Counted from the first letter of the stretch, positions 1-13,585 are shown. The stretch: 64,000 nucleotides of DNA from Eledone cirrhosa (GCA_964016885.1 OZ024741.1:177940001-178004000); one strand, 5' to 3'. Numbers and translations: made by a program. The notes: a model not told the origin generated them from the sequence alone.

Positions 1-319
1 TTTAAAATCATTGATTCTAAATGAAATTCTCATAAGGCTTAATTTGAGATCAATGCTTTTTTTACAAAATATTTGCTTGTTTTACGGTGTATTCAAATAG
101 ATTTGTTTTCAAGTAAAAATATTATTTTACAAGACTTTTTATGGAAATGAAGCAAAATGGAAGCCTAATGTTGAAACTTCGAACTCATGAATTTTGCAGG
201 TTAAAATGTTGCTGGTCCGAAAACTGTTCGCGTATTTTTGTACTTTTGCATGCGTCGTATATTCGTAACGTAAATAGATAGACAGAATGACCCCATAGAA
301 GGGAAATAACTCGTCTCCC

Positions 320-526
320 ATCTCTATTTATACATTTGAACTGAAAAATCAATACATTACAAATTCGATTTTGGCACTTGGCGTGGGTTTATTTTTTAAC
401 CGAAGTCTCCGCCGGACCTTCATCTATGAGTGTAGCAATTTCACCGGAGGAGATGTGTTCCGACCGTTTTAGTAGACAGACAGACAAACAGACAGACAGA
501 CAACTTTAGTTTTATATATATATATG
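320..526 (-). mobile_element. Possible 5' end of a non-autonomous Helitron-like element
   Basis: Minus strand reads ATATATATATAAAACTAAAGTTGTCTGTCTGTCTG..., resembling Helitron-N 5' termini followed by (GTCT)n. No 3' hairpin/CTAG end identified. Confidence 0.3.
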
Positions 527-559
527 TGACAATGCTCCTTACATGCAAACAAAAATAAA

Positions 560-3495
560 TAAAAACTTCACTCTTCACCAAAATAAAATAGAAAAAGTGA
601 AAAATAAAATAGAAACGATGTTTGGTAATAGTAGAACCAGAACTCTTCAGTATAAGCTGACTACTCTCAAACAAGAATTCAGAGCTGTCAGCGAGAAACG
701 TCCATACCAGAAGTAGGTAGATGGAAAAAAAAGAACTTAATAAAAGATTCAGACGAAACCAAATATAGAGATATGAAGAGCAAAATAATAAGTGTCACTG
801 AGACACTATCCCAGAGAGACATAGATTCCTTTTGGCGAAAAATATGGGGTGGAAACAAATTTCAAACAAGATGCAGTGTGGCAAAAAGAAATCCAAAATA
901 ACTATTGCTCCTACACTACAACAAAAACATACAAGAATAAATGAGGATAGCCTTGAAACTGTGATAGGAAAACTCCAAGATAAGAAAACACCAGCAAGGG
1001 ACATGAATGTCGGCTACTGGTACAAAAAACTGATATTCTATCGGATGTATCTTATCGACCTCTACCAATAAGTTCTCAAGGGAAATACACTTATACCAAA
1101 ATGGTTGACAAGAGCACAAATAATACTGGTCCCGAAGAACAAAGATACCCACTTGGCAAAAACTATCGGCCCATTGCATGCCAGAACCTGATGTATAAGA
1201 TATATACAGCCTGCCTGAACCAATTTCTCCAAGATCACTGTGAAAATAATAACATCATCACAGATGAACAAGCAGCTGGAAAGACAGGTATTTGGTGTGG
1301 GTGCTGAACAACTCCTAATCAACAAAACTGTGATGTCGTAGGTGCGATAACTTAGGAGGAATATGGCTAAGTCTGGCTGGACTACAGGAAAGCTTTTGAT
1401 TCTGTTCCGTACTCTTAGATGATAGAGACCCTCCGACTTGCTGATGTCCCAGACATTATTATCAGAGCCATAGAGATCCTGTCTTCTTCTTGGGCTACTA
1501 TCCTAAATTTAAAAACAGAGAAGGAAGACTCTATTTTCACTGATAAAATAGAATATCACAAGGCTATATTTGAAGGAGACAATATCTCTGTGATACTATT
1601 TATCCTGTCATTAAACCCCTTGTCCTTTCTGCACAAGAAATGTGAAAGATGCATCATTGGCTCAAAGGAGGACAGAAATCTAACCCATAATTTCGTTGGG
1701 GATGATCTAAAACGCTATGCTAAGAACAGATGGGGTGAAGAAAATTCTTGACCTGGTTACAACATTCTCAAAGGATATAGGAATGGAGATTGGCCAAGAT
1801 AAATGTTTATATATGACTGTAAAGCGGGGAAAAACTATTACCCAATCTAGTAACGTTTTCATCAGTGGCTTAACTGTTTCACCAATAAATGATGAGGACT
1901 GCTATTGATACCTGGGGACAGATGAGAACATATCCTATAACGGTATTTGTATAAAGAACGCATAACCAGAGAATATTACACCCGATTAAGAAAAGTGTGG
2001 TCACCGGAACACTCTGAACACAATAAAGCAGTGGCTCACAATCTGTTTGCTGTGCCTGTCCTAACACCAACGTTTGTAATACTCGATTGGACGATAGACG
2101 ATAGACGAAATCCGAGCAATTGATGTTAGGACTCAAAAAATACAAGTAAACCGGAAACTTCCACATCAACAGTGATATAGACCGCCTCTACTTGAAACGT
2201 AAGCAGCGAGGCAGAGGCCTCACATCAGTCCAGACAACAGTTGAATGTCGCATCATATCCCTCCGACAACATTTACGAACCTCGAGCGTAGGAGCCCATC
2301 TATTGAGCAAGTCTATCTGCATGAGACAGATAAGATCATGAGAGTTGGGAAGGAGGTCCTTCAAAGATATTCCCCGCATGATAATCAAAAACTCACACAC
2401 AGGCAAGTTGCCAAGCAGTACTGCAGTGAATCCATCTATGAAAAACTTCATGTTTATCAACAAAAAATCATGCATGGGTATGTTGCCAGGAAACTACAGA
2501 GTGAGAATAATATAGATAAACAAAGTAGTCTATCTTGGACCAACAACCGCTATATTGGCCCCCATTTGAAGAATAGGAAATCGAAGAATAGGAAATCAAC
2601 ATAATATACCTGATTCACAAAAGAGATAGGGATGCAGGCAAAACACCTAGATGGGAAAAAAATTGCAGACTCTGCAGAATTAACATCGAAGTTGTCACCC
2701 ATGTCATAAGCAGCTGTCCAAAGATGTCATCGCGGTACTATCTACCTATGAGCCATGATGTAGTGGCCAAAACACTGTACATTGCAATCCGTAGAAAAGA
2801 TAGCGCCGATAATAAACACCTTAAAAGCTACAGCATTGTGGTAGACATACATATACATAATATGACAGAGTACTGGTGGAATGTTCCAGTAAAGACCCCA
2901 ATAAAATGCAGGCATAACAGACCAGATATAATAATATGGGGCAGGGAAAAGAAGGAATGCACGGTAGTGGCATTGAGGGCCTAACACATGCCAATATAAT
3001 ATCAAAGATTAGCGAAAAGGAGAATTTCTATGCAGAACTAATGAGAAATCTGTAGATACTCCACCCTGATTATATGTTCAGATTTATGTGTGTGATATTT
3101 GGGGCAGTGGGATATGTTAGTAACTGCTTCAATACAAATCTTAAGAAGCTGGTCTTCACAGAAATAGAAAGAACACGACTAGTTATGAAATTACAAGTAC
3201 AATATATTAATGGAACAGTAAACATATGCAAAACATTCCAAAACTTCTGCATATAATAACTGCATGTACACTTGTACAGATATAAAGCATATGCACATAC
3301 ACACATACAACTCAAAACATCCACATCCACACATACAATAACATCCATACATGCGTACATGCATGCAAGCAGACATGTATGCATATCTACTTAGTTGATG
3401 CTATGTAAATTCCAATGAGAGAGTCTTGTATCTATGAGAGAGTCTTGTATCTATCTATTGGCAAACAAATTGTGAAATTATTAAACCAGAAGAAC
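560..3495 (+). mobile_element. Degraded R4/Dong-like non-LTR retrotransposon (RT + RLE)
   Basis: Frameshifted fragments: NYRPIACQNLMYKIY, WLDYRKAFDSVP, IFEGDNISVILF, FVGDDLK, CRLC/HVISSC zinc knuckle, HNRPDIIIW RLE motif. Clearly homologous to the 4784-8296 element; ends at (CATA)n at 3496. Confidence 0.9.
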
Positions 3496-3567
3496 ATACA
3501 TACATACATACATACATACATACATACATACATACATACATACATACATACATACATACATACATAC
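3496..3567. repeat. (CATA)n microsatellite
   Basis: Direct reading; further (CATA)n tracts at 4096-4151 and 8377-8458. Confidence 0.95.
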
Positions 3568-4096
3568 AAGCTGATGGCTGCCCCATCATTATCGAGTATG
3601 GCCATTGCATGATATACCATTATTAATAATTATTAATTAATGCTATCGTGCAATGCCTGTGCGTGAAGATATATTTTTAAGTGAGGAAAAACTGTGCACT
3701 GAGCCAATCCCACTCTCTGAGCGACAGTAGCTATTACCCGAAAAGAAGAAAAGATCAACATCATCGGTAACTACTGAGCCGCAGGTTTTATATCGGAGTT
3801 ATCCCAGCTTCCTGAGTTGCCTTCTCCTAGAAGAATGCCCAGACAAAGGCTAGGAGTGCTTCACTCCCAGTAGTTTAACCGGGCGGTACATGTCTATATA
3901 GATATTTACACAATTTCGGATGGCCGTTGACTGTCATGAGTTCTTCCGCCCTTTCTCAAGTTTTGTTTTTTGTCCTGCACGGTCTCCAAAATCACCCTCC
4001 TCTCGGTGGGGTTGCCTGGTTAGTCGCCGACGACCCGACCATGCGACAAGTTGTACTGGGTTACATGTTACCAGTAGCACTCAAGAGTGACCCGAC
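3568..4096 (-). mobile_element. Non-coding insertion resembling an RTE 5' UTR, between two (CATA)n tracts
   Basis: Minus strand has GGAGAAGGCAACTC and CTCACTTAAAAA...CGCACAGGC, similar to GAGAAGGAAAACT and CTCACATTTAAAAA...GCGCAGGC upstream of the RTE endonuclease at 28.5-28.7 kb. Confidence 0.45.
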
Positions 4097-4121
4097 ATAC
4101 ATACATACATACATACATACA

Positions 4122-4151
<30 letters not shown>

Positions 4152-4152
<1 letters not shown>

Positions 4153-7100
4153 GGCGACCGTTGTGGTCAGTGTCCGATAATCGGACGTGTGTAATTACGG
4201 CTTACATGAAGGCAACATACCATATATTGGAAAAAGTTGAGCTACATTACGCGGTAAGATTACATACAATAATTCTACATAAGTGTTTGAACTGTAAGTG
4301 TGTTGTAAAACACCTATTTATATGAACGATACATACACTTATGATATATGAACGATACATATACTTTAACATATAAATGCAACGTTGTTATATTACATTT
4401 ATAAAGAAATATAAAAGTAACGTTTTCGATTCAGAAACAAAAATATAAGTGATTGAACTGTGAATGTTGTGAATATGTTGTAGAACACCTATTTATATGA
4501 ATGATACATAAACTTTAACATATAAATATAGCGTTGTTATATTATATTACATTCGTAAAGGAATATACTAAGTAACGGTTCTTTTTGTTCTCGATTCAAA
4601 CGATTCAAGAACAACGTTTAAAACACAGTTGTAGAATTAAAAACTAACTGAAAAGAAATATTACCCAAGCTGTGAATAACTTTAAATTTGATTCTGACAG
4701 AACTTTGTCGTAACTTTTAAAGAAGATCATCGACTATTTAAAAAAAAATAAATACAAAATATTAGTGAATAGACGAACTCATCATGGCAAAAAGTACAAG
4801 TCTCCTTCGACCAAATCGCAATTACAACCGTTGTATACAGTGGAGCTACGAGCTTAACAAATAATTATATGAAGCATACAAACAATCTGAACCCCAAAAG
4901 TTCGGTTTTATGCAAAGGCTAAAAACTTTATGGAACTCCAAACACCCAGAATTAGACTTTTCTCCAAAGCATCTAAATGAACAGGCAAAACGTATCATTA
5001 GATGTAAATTGATACATCTAACGGAATCGAGTGATACTACAAATACAGCCCTTGTAGACAACCACCCCACCTCCACTGACAGACAAAGAGAATGGCCAGC
5101 TAAATCTAACAGTGAACAGCTCACCAACAATTTTGCTGAAATCCATCCCACTTCCACTGAAGAACAGCGAGAAAGGTCAGCTGACTCTAGTAGTAATTGT
5201 CACCACATCAACAACGAGGCTGCAATTCATGACTCTACTGAACAAACAGAGCACCAAAAACTTGTAGGCACCCTACAAGTGATATGGAACGATATGTTTC
5301 AAGAGATACACAACCTTAATGTGAGTGACAGACCATACAACACTAGAGTCAGTAAAGAACCCACTAAATTGGAATTGGAAGCAGTGAACGAAATAGCTGG
5401 CAATTATCTGAAGGCTATACGATCTAAAGGTGTAGAAACGACATTTGAAACGCTCAATGTTTTGTTATATGTTTCAGCTGTCACATTGCTATCATATAAC
5501 ACACATCTAAAACCACGCAATCAAGATACAAACAGAAAGCCTGAACCAGCGTGGATGCGAAATTTAAAAACCAAAATTTTGTCCCTGAGACGAAGTATCT
5601 CACACATCGCAGTCGTTATGAAATGCAACATAGAGAGAAACTTCACACGACACCAGGAAGACCTAAAGAAAAAGTTAGAGAGACGATTTGGAGATACCAA
5701 ATTTAAAACTTTGAACTCAAAATTACACCAGTTGAAACAAAAACTCACAGCTACAACAGAAAGACTAAAATATAAGTCAACAGCCCATAAACGACAAGTG
5801 CTAAATAGATTGTTTGCCAGAGATCCTAAATCAGTTTATCGCAGCTTCGGTGGCAAAAGCTCAATCCCTGTAAACGACACCCCTTCAAAAGAACAGGTTG
5901 AGAACTACTGGAGATCTGTATGGGAAACGGATGACGGATTCAACAGACAAGCTAATTGGCTAAAACAACTGGAACAGGACTACTGCCAACATGTCCAGAC
6001 AAAACAATATGACATAGATGGGTCAATACTGGAAACAGCTCTACAGAAAATGTCGAATAGGAAATCGCCAGGCCCAGACCTCATTACAGGATACTGGTTG
6101 AAGAATTTCACTTTCTATCGGCAAGATCTCATACGGCTGTTTACAGAAACCATTAAGGGCACACAAGAACTGCCCAGATGGTTATCAACTGCCACTACTC
6201 TCCTCATTCCCCAAAATAGCCAAACCACCCTTACTAAAAATTACCGCCCAATTGCCTGCCAAAACATCATGTATAAATGATATACTGGGTGCCTTAACCT
6301 GTTCTTACAAGATCACTGTGCTACCAACAACATCATAACACCTGAGCAAGCTGGTGGAAAGAGGGAGGTGTGGGGTTGCATAGATCACCTACTAACTAAC
6401 AAAATGATTCAGGAAAAAACAACAAAGAATCGCAGAAACATGACTGTCGTGTGGCTGGACTATCAAAAAGCATTTGATAGTGTACCTCATGGGTGGATTA
6501 TTAAGGCTTTACAGTTAGCTAAAGTCCCACAACCATTAGTAGCAGCTGTTGAACGCCTGACCAAGAACTGGTACACCAATTTGATCCTTAGAGGTGAGAA
6601 GGAGCAGGTTAAGACTGATAGGATACATTACCAGAAGGGCATCTTTCAGGGTGATAGCTTGTCAGTACTACTCTTCGTTCTCTCACTGAATCCACTATCT
6701 TACCTACTCAGGAAACAAGGTGGACAACAAAGAAGTGGGCCCAGAAGTATCTCCCATCTTTTCTTTGTTGATGACCTGAAGTTGTATGGGCCAAATATCA
6801 ATGACATCAAGAAACAATTGGACCTCATTACACAATTTTCAACCGACATCAAAATGAAATTTGGTGAGTCCAAGTGTGCATATTTGGCATTAAAACGTGG
6901 AAGAGCTGTGCCCTCCTCTAGAAATCTAGATATGAACGGCCTGACAATACAACCTCTGCAGTCAGGTGACAACTACAGATATCTTGGACAGGATGAGAAT
7001 GTCAGATATGATGGACCCATAAATAAGGAGAGAACCAGAACTGAATACCTCAGAAGAGTAAAAAAAATGTGGTCATCAGAACTGTCAGCATACAACAAAT

Positions 7101-8376
7101 ACATTGCCCACAATACCTATGCTGTGCCAATTCTAACGACAACATTTGGCCTACTGAACTGGTCATTGCAAGAACTAAGTGAGATGGATGTTAGAACTCG
7201 AAAACTTCTCAGTGTTACTGGGAACTTTAACATCAATGGTGATGTGGATAGGCTATACTTCTCACGCAAGGAAGGTGGCCGGGGTCTAAAATCAATATTA
7301 ACAACATATGAGACCCGGATAGTAACACTGAAGCAACACCTTCAACAGAGGAAAAAGGTTGGCGACCATCTTGCTCAGGTTTATGAGCATGAAAAAAGAA
7401 ATATCATTAGAATAGCGACTGATCTGGAGGAGAGATATGGAATAAAGCCTGATATAAATCTCTCACCCAGAGAAATCGGAAGATCCTATTCAATGTTCAA
7501 ACAAGAAAAAAAAATTGACCAATTTACAGAGAAAGTTGTGCATGGATACTTGAGGCGTAAAACACAGACCATAGAGGGGATAAACCACTCAAAAAGCCTG
7601 GCATGGAGTTCCGACAAGTTTATGACATCACACCTTGAGGGATATCTCTATGCAATACAGGAACAAGAACTCCCTACCAAATATCTGCTGCACAAAAGAG
7701 GAGGGCCAGCAGCTGACAATAAATGTAGGCTATGTAAAACAAAGATCGAGGATGTAAGCCACATTGTTGCCAGCTGCGAAAGAATGTCATCTCGCTACTA
7801 CCTCCCCATGAGACACGATGGGATAGCTAGAACTATCTGGAACACACTTCGGAAAACAAAATTAACAACAAACGAGGAAGAATATATTGAGACAGATGGC
7901 ACTAAGGAATACTGGTGGAACCTGAAAATAAAAACTGCCACCAAATTAAAGCACAACCGGCCTGATATTGTAGTTTGGGACCACACATTGAAAACGTGTT
8001 CTGTTGTGGAGATCAGCTGCCCACTTGATGTAAACGTTGTCAGAAAAATACAGGAGAAGGAGGACATCTACGGACCATTGATGAGGAGCTTACAAATCCA
8101 GTATCCAAGATACACCTTTAGCTTCATACCCATCATTATTGGTGCTACGGGTTATATACCAACCCGCTTGGACCAAAGTATGACCGAACTTGGATTTGCG
8201 GACAAAAAGCGCAGCTCCCTAATTCATAGTCTACAAATGGCTGCGATAGCTGGCACCTTCAAAATATGCAAAACATTCTTGCGATTCAAGGGATGACAAT
8301 TTCTTTTCTTTTACAACCTTGCCACCAGGAAGGTGGCCGGTCAAAAATATATACTCGAAATTAAGAGAAAGAGAAA
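4152..8376 (+). mobile_element. Near full-length R4/Dong-like RLE non-LTR retrotransposon
   Basis: About 630-bp 5' UTR with an internal imperfect duplication (~4300-4430 vs ~4477-4580), one long reading frame, short 3' UTR, (CATA)n on both flanks. Confidence 0.92.
4784..8296 (+). pseudogene. RT / CCHC / restriction-like endonuclease polyprotein, 1171 codons with two in-frame stops
   Basis: ATG 4784, ORF 4910 and ORF 6368 share one frame; stops are TAA 4862-4864 and TGA 6278-6280. Motifs: KSPGPD, NYRPIAC, WLDYQKAFDSVPH, GIFQGDSLS, FVDDLK, YRYLG, CRLC-x-HIVASC, RPD-x-VVEISCP. Confidence 0.92.
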
Positions 8377-8499
8377 ACATACATACATACATACATACAT
8401 ACATACATACATACATACATACATACATACATACATACATACATACATACATACATACAGAGACAGAGAAATAGATAGTTAGATATAGGAAGAAGTTGT

Positions 8500-10690
8500 A
8501 TTTTGCTTGAAGTAGTGCGTATGGTAAATAAAATTTGAATTTTAAAAGCCATGACGATGCGAAATGGATGAACGAGAAAATAAGACGAAGGAAGATGATA
8601 TGTGTTATCTTATTTATTTTTTTGTCTTGATATTTCGAGATAAAATCTCTTCTTCCGAAGGAAATAGCAAGCGACTGGTCTGGGTTCGATGAAACACGTT
8701 AGACTATGCTGCCAGAATGAAAGACATATGTGAGGGGAAGGGAATGGGGCATAGGGCTCTATCCTGCTCTTTTAGAAATTATATTAGAGGTCTTAAGAGG
8801 TCACTAGGACACAGCGTTTTTTCCCATTAAATCTAGAGCTATATAAACAAAGACACTCAGACATAAATGTACATGAATATATGTATGTAAATATAAGCAG
8901 GCACATAAATACGCGTATATGCATACATATACATTTACAAACACATACATATACACACGTTCTCACAGATAAATCACCTCAGAAGCGTGTGTCTCCTTGC
9001 ACAAGCAAACATGCCGCTTCCATAGACACTCATATACGCATATACACACACATATGTGCGCACCTATGGGCTCACAAGCAGACATATGGGTACCCACAAT
9101 TATAAAGTTCTATGGTCTTCTAAGTTAAGTATTATTTGCCTATTTCTATGTTAAGTAGTGCTTACATTTAGTCTATTATTGATCTACAAGTGTGTACTTT
9201 CTATGATTAACGCTTCTTTTATTCTTGAATTACCTATCTTTTTGTCTCTGGCTTCTACTGTAACTGCTATATTCTTCTCTAAATGTTATTTGAATGAGGC
9301 AGCGTTTGTATATTGGTGTTCTTTTATCCTAATATGTAGGTGCAGGTGGTGTTGCTTATATAAACGTCATTACATTTGTTGCATTGGACACGATACCCGA
9401 CGTATTTTTTGCTGACATATATCTGTGTCTCTGATGAGGCAGTTAGCCAGTATGTAATATCGTTTGTGGTCTCCATGTCGTCTCCTGGATAGTCGTCTGC
9501 GTAGTGATGGGCCGGAATGGGATAGTTGTAGATTTAGTCCTTCTCTTCGGACAGTAATTATTGCTGTATCATCACTGAAGTGTGTTGGCTTCAGGAAGCA
9601 GGAGTTGGTGGAGGTCGCATTTCGACTGCGGCCGTTTTTGTTTCTAACACGGCTCAAGGTGGATGTCGGGTAGCCGTTTACCTTCAGCAATTGGAAAAAG
9701 TGTATGGTGTGCGAGTCTCGGAAACATGTAGTGCATAATTTATTCCGGATACCTGTAAGTTCATTCCTTATGTATCCGGACTTGACACCGGACTTGAGAC
9801 CAAGTTCGATTTATAATGGACGAACAGGTTCCTGCTGGCGGCTTTTCTGTAAATGCTAGTGTGGATGCCGTCTTCTTCCGTTATCCTGAGCTGGAAGTTG
9901 AGCAGTGAAATGTATCCAGTGTCATCGGGATGTTCCAGCTTCACTTATGTTAACGTCCATGCTGGAGAACGTTGTCTATATCTTCACTGCCTCTTCACGG
10001 GATGGTGTCGGGGACAGAATACAATCTAGAAATCGGGTGAAGAAGGCTCAAGAGTAGATGTTGACGGCCCGACGTTCACTGGCTCATATAAATAATGACC
10101 AGCACGCCGGATAGGCTGGATCCCATGGGTAGTCCTGTTGTTTGCCTGTCAGTGTGGTGGTGGAAGGTGAAGTAGGTATTATCCACCTTGATGGATAGGA
10201 GCTGGTGTATGTCTGCCAGGTGGAGCCCGTATCCGTAGATGTTTGCTGAGATTATGCAGTCAGTCAAAAGGTTGATTTCTAGGTGAGCGGGGGAATGTGA
10301 ATACACACGCCTCTTAGGTTATTTATATGTGAGAACGTGTATATGTGCATGTTTGTGTTTATATGGGTATGTGTATGGATATATGCGTATTTGTGTGCGT
10401 GCTTATATATACATACGTATATACAAGTAAATTTCTGCCTACCTATGTGTGTATATAAATATATAGCTGTAGATTGTCCCATTGACCGCTCAAAAGCAAA
10501 TGTTCACCACTCCGGCAGCATGGTCTAACGCATTTCATCGAACCCTAACTAGTCCCTCGCTATTTCCTTCCGAAGAAGATATTTTATCTCTAAATATTAG
10601 TACAGATATATGAGTAATGTAACGTATAACATCTTGTTGCGTCTTGTTTTCTTGTTCGTCCATTTCACAATGCCGTGGCTTTCAAACCTC

Positions 10691-10695
<5 letters not shown>
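8500..10695 (-). mobile_element. Old Penelope-like element with inverted pLTR
   Basis: Minus-strand RT remnants (QTTGLPMGSSLSGVLVIIYM; IHTSIYRK) and a GIY-YIG-like remnant (GYRVQCNKCNDVYI) at ~9200-10285. 8530-8995 and 10300-10695 are diverged inverted copies containing a decayed hammerhead (GAAGAAGAGATTTTATCTCGAAA). Confidence 0.8.
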
Positions 10696-10752
<57 letters not shown>

Positions 10753-11229
10753 GGGGTGGGTGCTTAGCAAAATCGAAGCTTTGGCGGTGGGCAAGCAAAG
10801 TCGACCTACAATATGAATGAGTTAGCAAAGCACTCGATAAGGGTAGGTCCTTAGAGTAACAACATACGTTTGAACAGCTTGACAAATTGAACATTGTGGT
10901 AGGCAAAACCTAGCACACAATACCAGAGCAACGAAAAAACTAACAGGTTAAAAAAGATACACCTGGACAAATTAAACGGTATACGTTGAAATTGTTTCTG
11001 TGAATCCGAAAACAAATATCCGACATACGTAACAGGCACCCTCGTGGTATTCCATGATCGAACAGAGGATTCATTTCATCAACATGAGTTTCATTCTTTC
11101 CAAAAGCGAGGTGGATTTTAAATGTTACCGCTATGAGCGAGCTGAACGAACATTTATGTATCACCTGTTATTTCCAACAAAGGAAGCAGCCCTCGGTTTT
11201 GGCGGGTAGATTCGAAGTGTTAAACAAAG

Positions 11230-11274
<45 letters not shown>

Positions 11275-11284
11275 ATTATATAAG

Positions 11285-11525
11285 AAAATGAGTTTTTTAA
11301 ATAAAAAACCGAAATGTCCTACACGAATGGAGTGAAAATATAGGGAAAAGAAATCGAAAATGCAACTGGGGTATTTTTAATAATATTTATTCGTATCTGC
11401 GAGTAAAACCATAAAGCCTCCATCTCGTTCTACTTTTTAAAAGCATCAGAATTGTGAAACCGGTAAAGGAAATAAATGTATATTATAAAAAATGCTCCAG
11501 TTGTATTTACGATTTCTTTTCACTA
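11285..11525. mobile_element. PLE pLTR fold-back of the same family as the 23.1 kb and 36.7 kb ends
   Basis: Inverted arms GAAAAGAAATCGAAAATGCAACTGG and CCAGTTGTATTTACGATTTCTTTTC; internal AAAAGCA...TGTGAAACCGGTAAAGG hammerhead remnant; TA-repeat flanks. Confidence 0.75.
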
Positions 11526-11530
11526 TATAT

Positions 11531-11611
11531 ATTACACATTCTTCTACCCTAAGTATCGAGTACTCTGGTGCGCTATGGTCCCCCTGGTATCTTACCAGAT
11601 CTTCCTTGTCC
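11531..11611 (+). mobile_element. Isolated 3' tail of the 38-41 kb PLE family
   Basis: CTACCCTAAGTATCGAGTACTCTGGTGCGCTATGGTCC matches 41677-41714. Confidence 0.8.
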
Positions 11612-11760
11612 ATATATATATATAATACATATATATGTCGTTTTTGAATTTGTTTTGCAACAATTCTCATCTGAAAGCGAGTGCTGAAACAGATATTGTT
11701 AAACTTTGGGAAGGTCATGCTGCCAATAAGAATACACGCACATGTTTGTTTTCACTTCAG

Positions 11761-11827
<67 letters not shown>

Positions 11828-11831
<4 letters not shown>

Positions 11832-11915
11832 AAAAAAGCCTCAAATCCTCCATCTCAATTCTACTTTTGAAAATCATAAGAACTGTGAAACCGGTAAAGG
11901 AAACAAATAAATATA
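11828..11915 (+). mobile_element. PLE pLTR fragment with U3-A8 hammerhead remnant
   Basis: CCTCCATCTCAATTCTACTTTTGAAAATCATAAGAACTGTGAAACCGGTAAAGGAA is homologous to 37217-37271. Confidence 0.7.
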
Positions 11916-12486
11916 TAGTTATATATGCTAGAAACAATCTGTATAATTTCATTTAGCTTGTTGCATACTATTTCCAGAGAATTTTTACCATTAATGCCAG
12001 AGTTTCATTGTATCAGTTATATGAACTAGTAGAAAAAGTACCCTTTGAGTGGTTTTCTGCTAGCATGTGTAGTGTTGTATATTGATATTATACGCAAGTA
12101 TATATGTATGTAGATATGATACATCAAATAAAATCGTAGTTGACAATATAAACAGAAATTGAACGTAGACGCTGTTACACTGTCTTATGTAATCAGTAAC
12201 GTAATCCATGATACATTAAAAAAAGACGATATTATATATAAACTGCATTAGAAGAAAATTAGTGACAGAACATTAGTATGTTTATTTAAGTGATCGCCAC
12301 CGGAAGTGTTGATATCACACACTATCTCTTTCTATAAATATGGTAGTTGAAGTGGTGGTGGTGGCAACGATATACCGGAAGTGCAACCTTGAAAAGAAGT
12401 CAATTTTAAATTATTTAATTTTACGAAATTATTTTTTTTACGAAATTTAGTAGATAAAGTATGTAATATTCATTCATTATTTATTG

Positions 12487-12885
12487 AGGCAGTGGATTGG
12501 CAGTATCGGTAGCTGGTCGGACGAGATGCTTTGACGCATGGAGTTACGGCCCTTGCCATCCTGAGTTCAAATCCTGTCGAGGTTAACTTTGCCTTTCATC
12601 CTTATGGGGTCGATAAAATAAAGTACCAGTAATACACTGGATAATTGCTGGCCTTGTGCCAAAAGTAGAAACAATTATTTATTGAGGCAGTATCGGTAGA
12701 GGGCGGAACGCCATGCTTTGACGCATAGAGTTACGGCTCTTGCTATTCTGAGTTCAAATCCTGCCGAGATTAACTTTGCCTTTCATCCTTACGGGGTCGA
12801 TTAACTTTGCCTTTCATCCTTACGGGGTCGATAAAATAAAGTACCGGTATTTGCTGGCCTTGTGCCAAAAGTAGAAATACTTATT
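12487..12885 (+). mobile_element. Two tandem tRNA-derived SINE copies (Meta-SINE-like)
   Basis: A box TGGCAGTATCGGT, B box GAGTTCAAATCC, central GCCTTTCATCCTTAYGGGGTCGATAAAATAAAGTACCAG resembling the Meta-SINE domain. The second copy has an internal ~30-bp duplication. Confidence 0.85.
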
Positions 12886-13585
12886 TATTGAAAGCAATCC
12901 AACTTATTTTATTAACGGGATTAAAAAAAAAAACCGTACGCAGTCCCGCAGACCTTCCTTTATTATAGTTTAGATATTTGACGTTAAACTCTTAATTATA
13001 TAAAAACACTTTAGTTTGAGGAGAGTTCGATTCACTGATTCCCAGTAGCTTTTGGAAATATTTATTTTATCACGATTTAATGATAAAAAAGATGATCAAA
13101 TTTCCATGACATCACAATAAAAAGAATTTTACTATAAAATTCAACTAATGGATTCGTTTCAGCGGGGGGGTCTAATTCAATTCTTTTTAGATGAATGAAA
13201 TTCACTAACAATGTAATGGGGAAAGGGGCAGGTTGTGTGTTTTATTTTTTTTCATTTTTCATATACACGTACCCATACACATAGTGATAATTACATACAT
13301 GAGATGCATACGCGCAAACATAACACACACATGCTTACATTAGTGGTAAAACCGTACAAACGAAGTAACATACAGATAAATACAGATGATGACTTCGAAT
13401 ATAAAAAATATATTAAATGTTCCACAGAATCAACTGTCATATATTTCATCTTCACCCTCCATTGCATATTCGGCACGGAAGTCCCAATGACTTAGTTCCA
13501 TATTTGATGGAAAATATGTATTTTTCCTGACGAGGTTAAACGGAGGCCCTGCCCGAAATACACACATTCTCTCTGTCTGTCTGTG

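Noticed and set aside
4862-6280. Programmed readthrough or selenocysteine at the R4 in-frame stops
   Set aside because: The stops differ (TAA, TGA) and the paralogous copy has a sense codon (MYKIY) at the TGA position, so ordinary nonsense mutations are more likely.
12487-12580. tRNA genes
   Set aside because: The A and B boxes belong to SINE heads; no cloverleaf.
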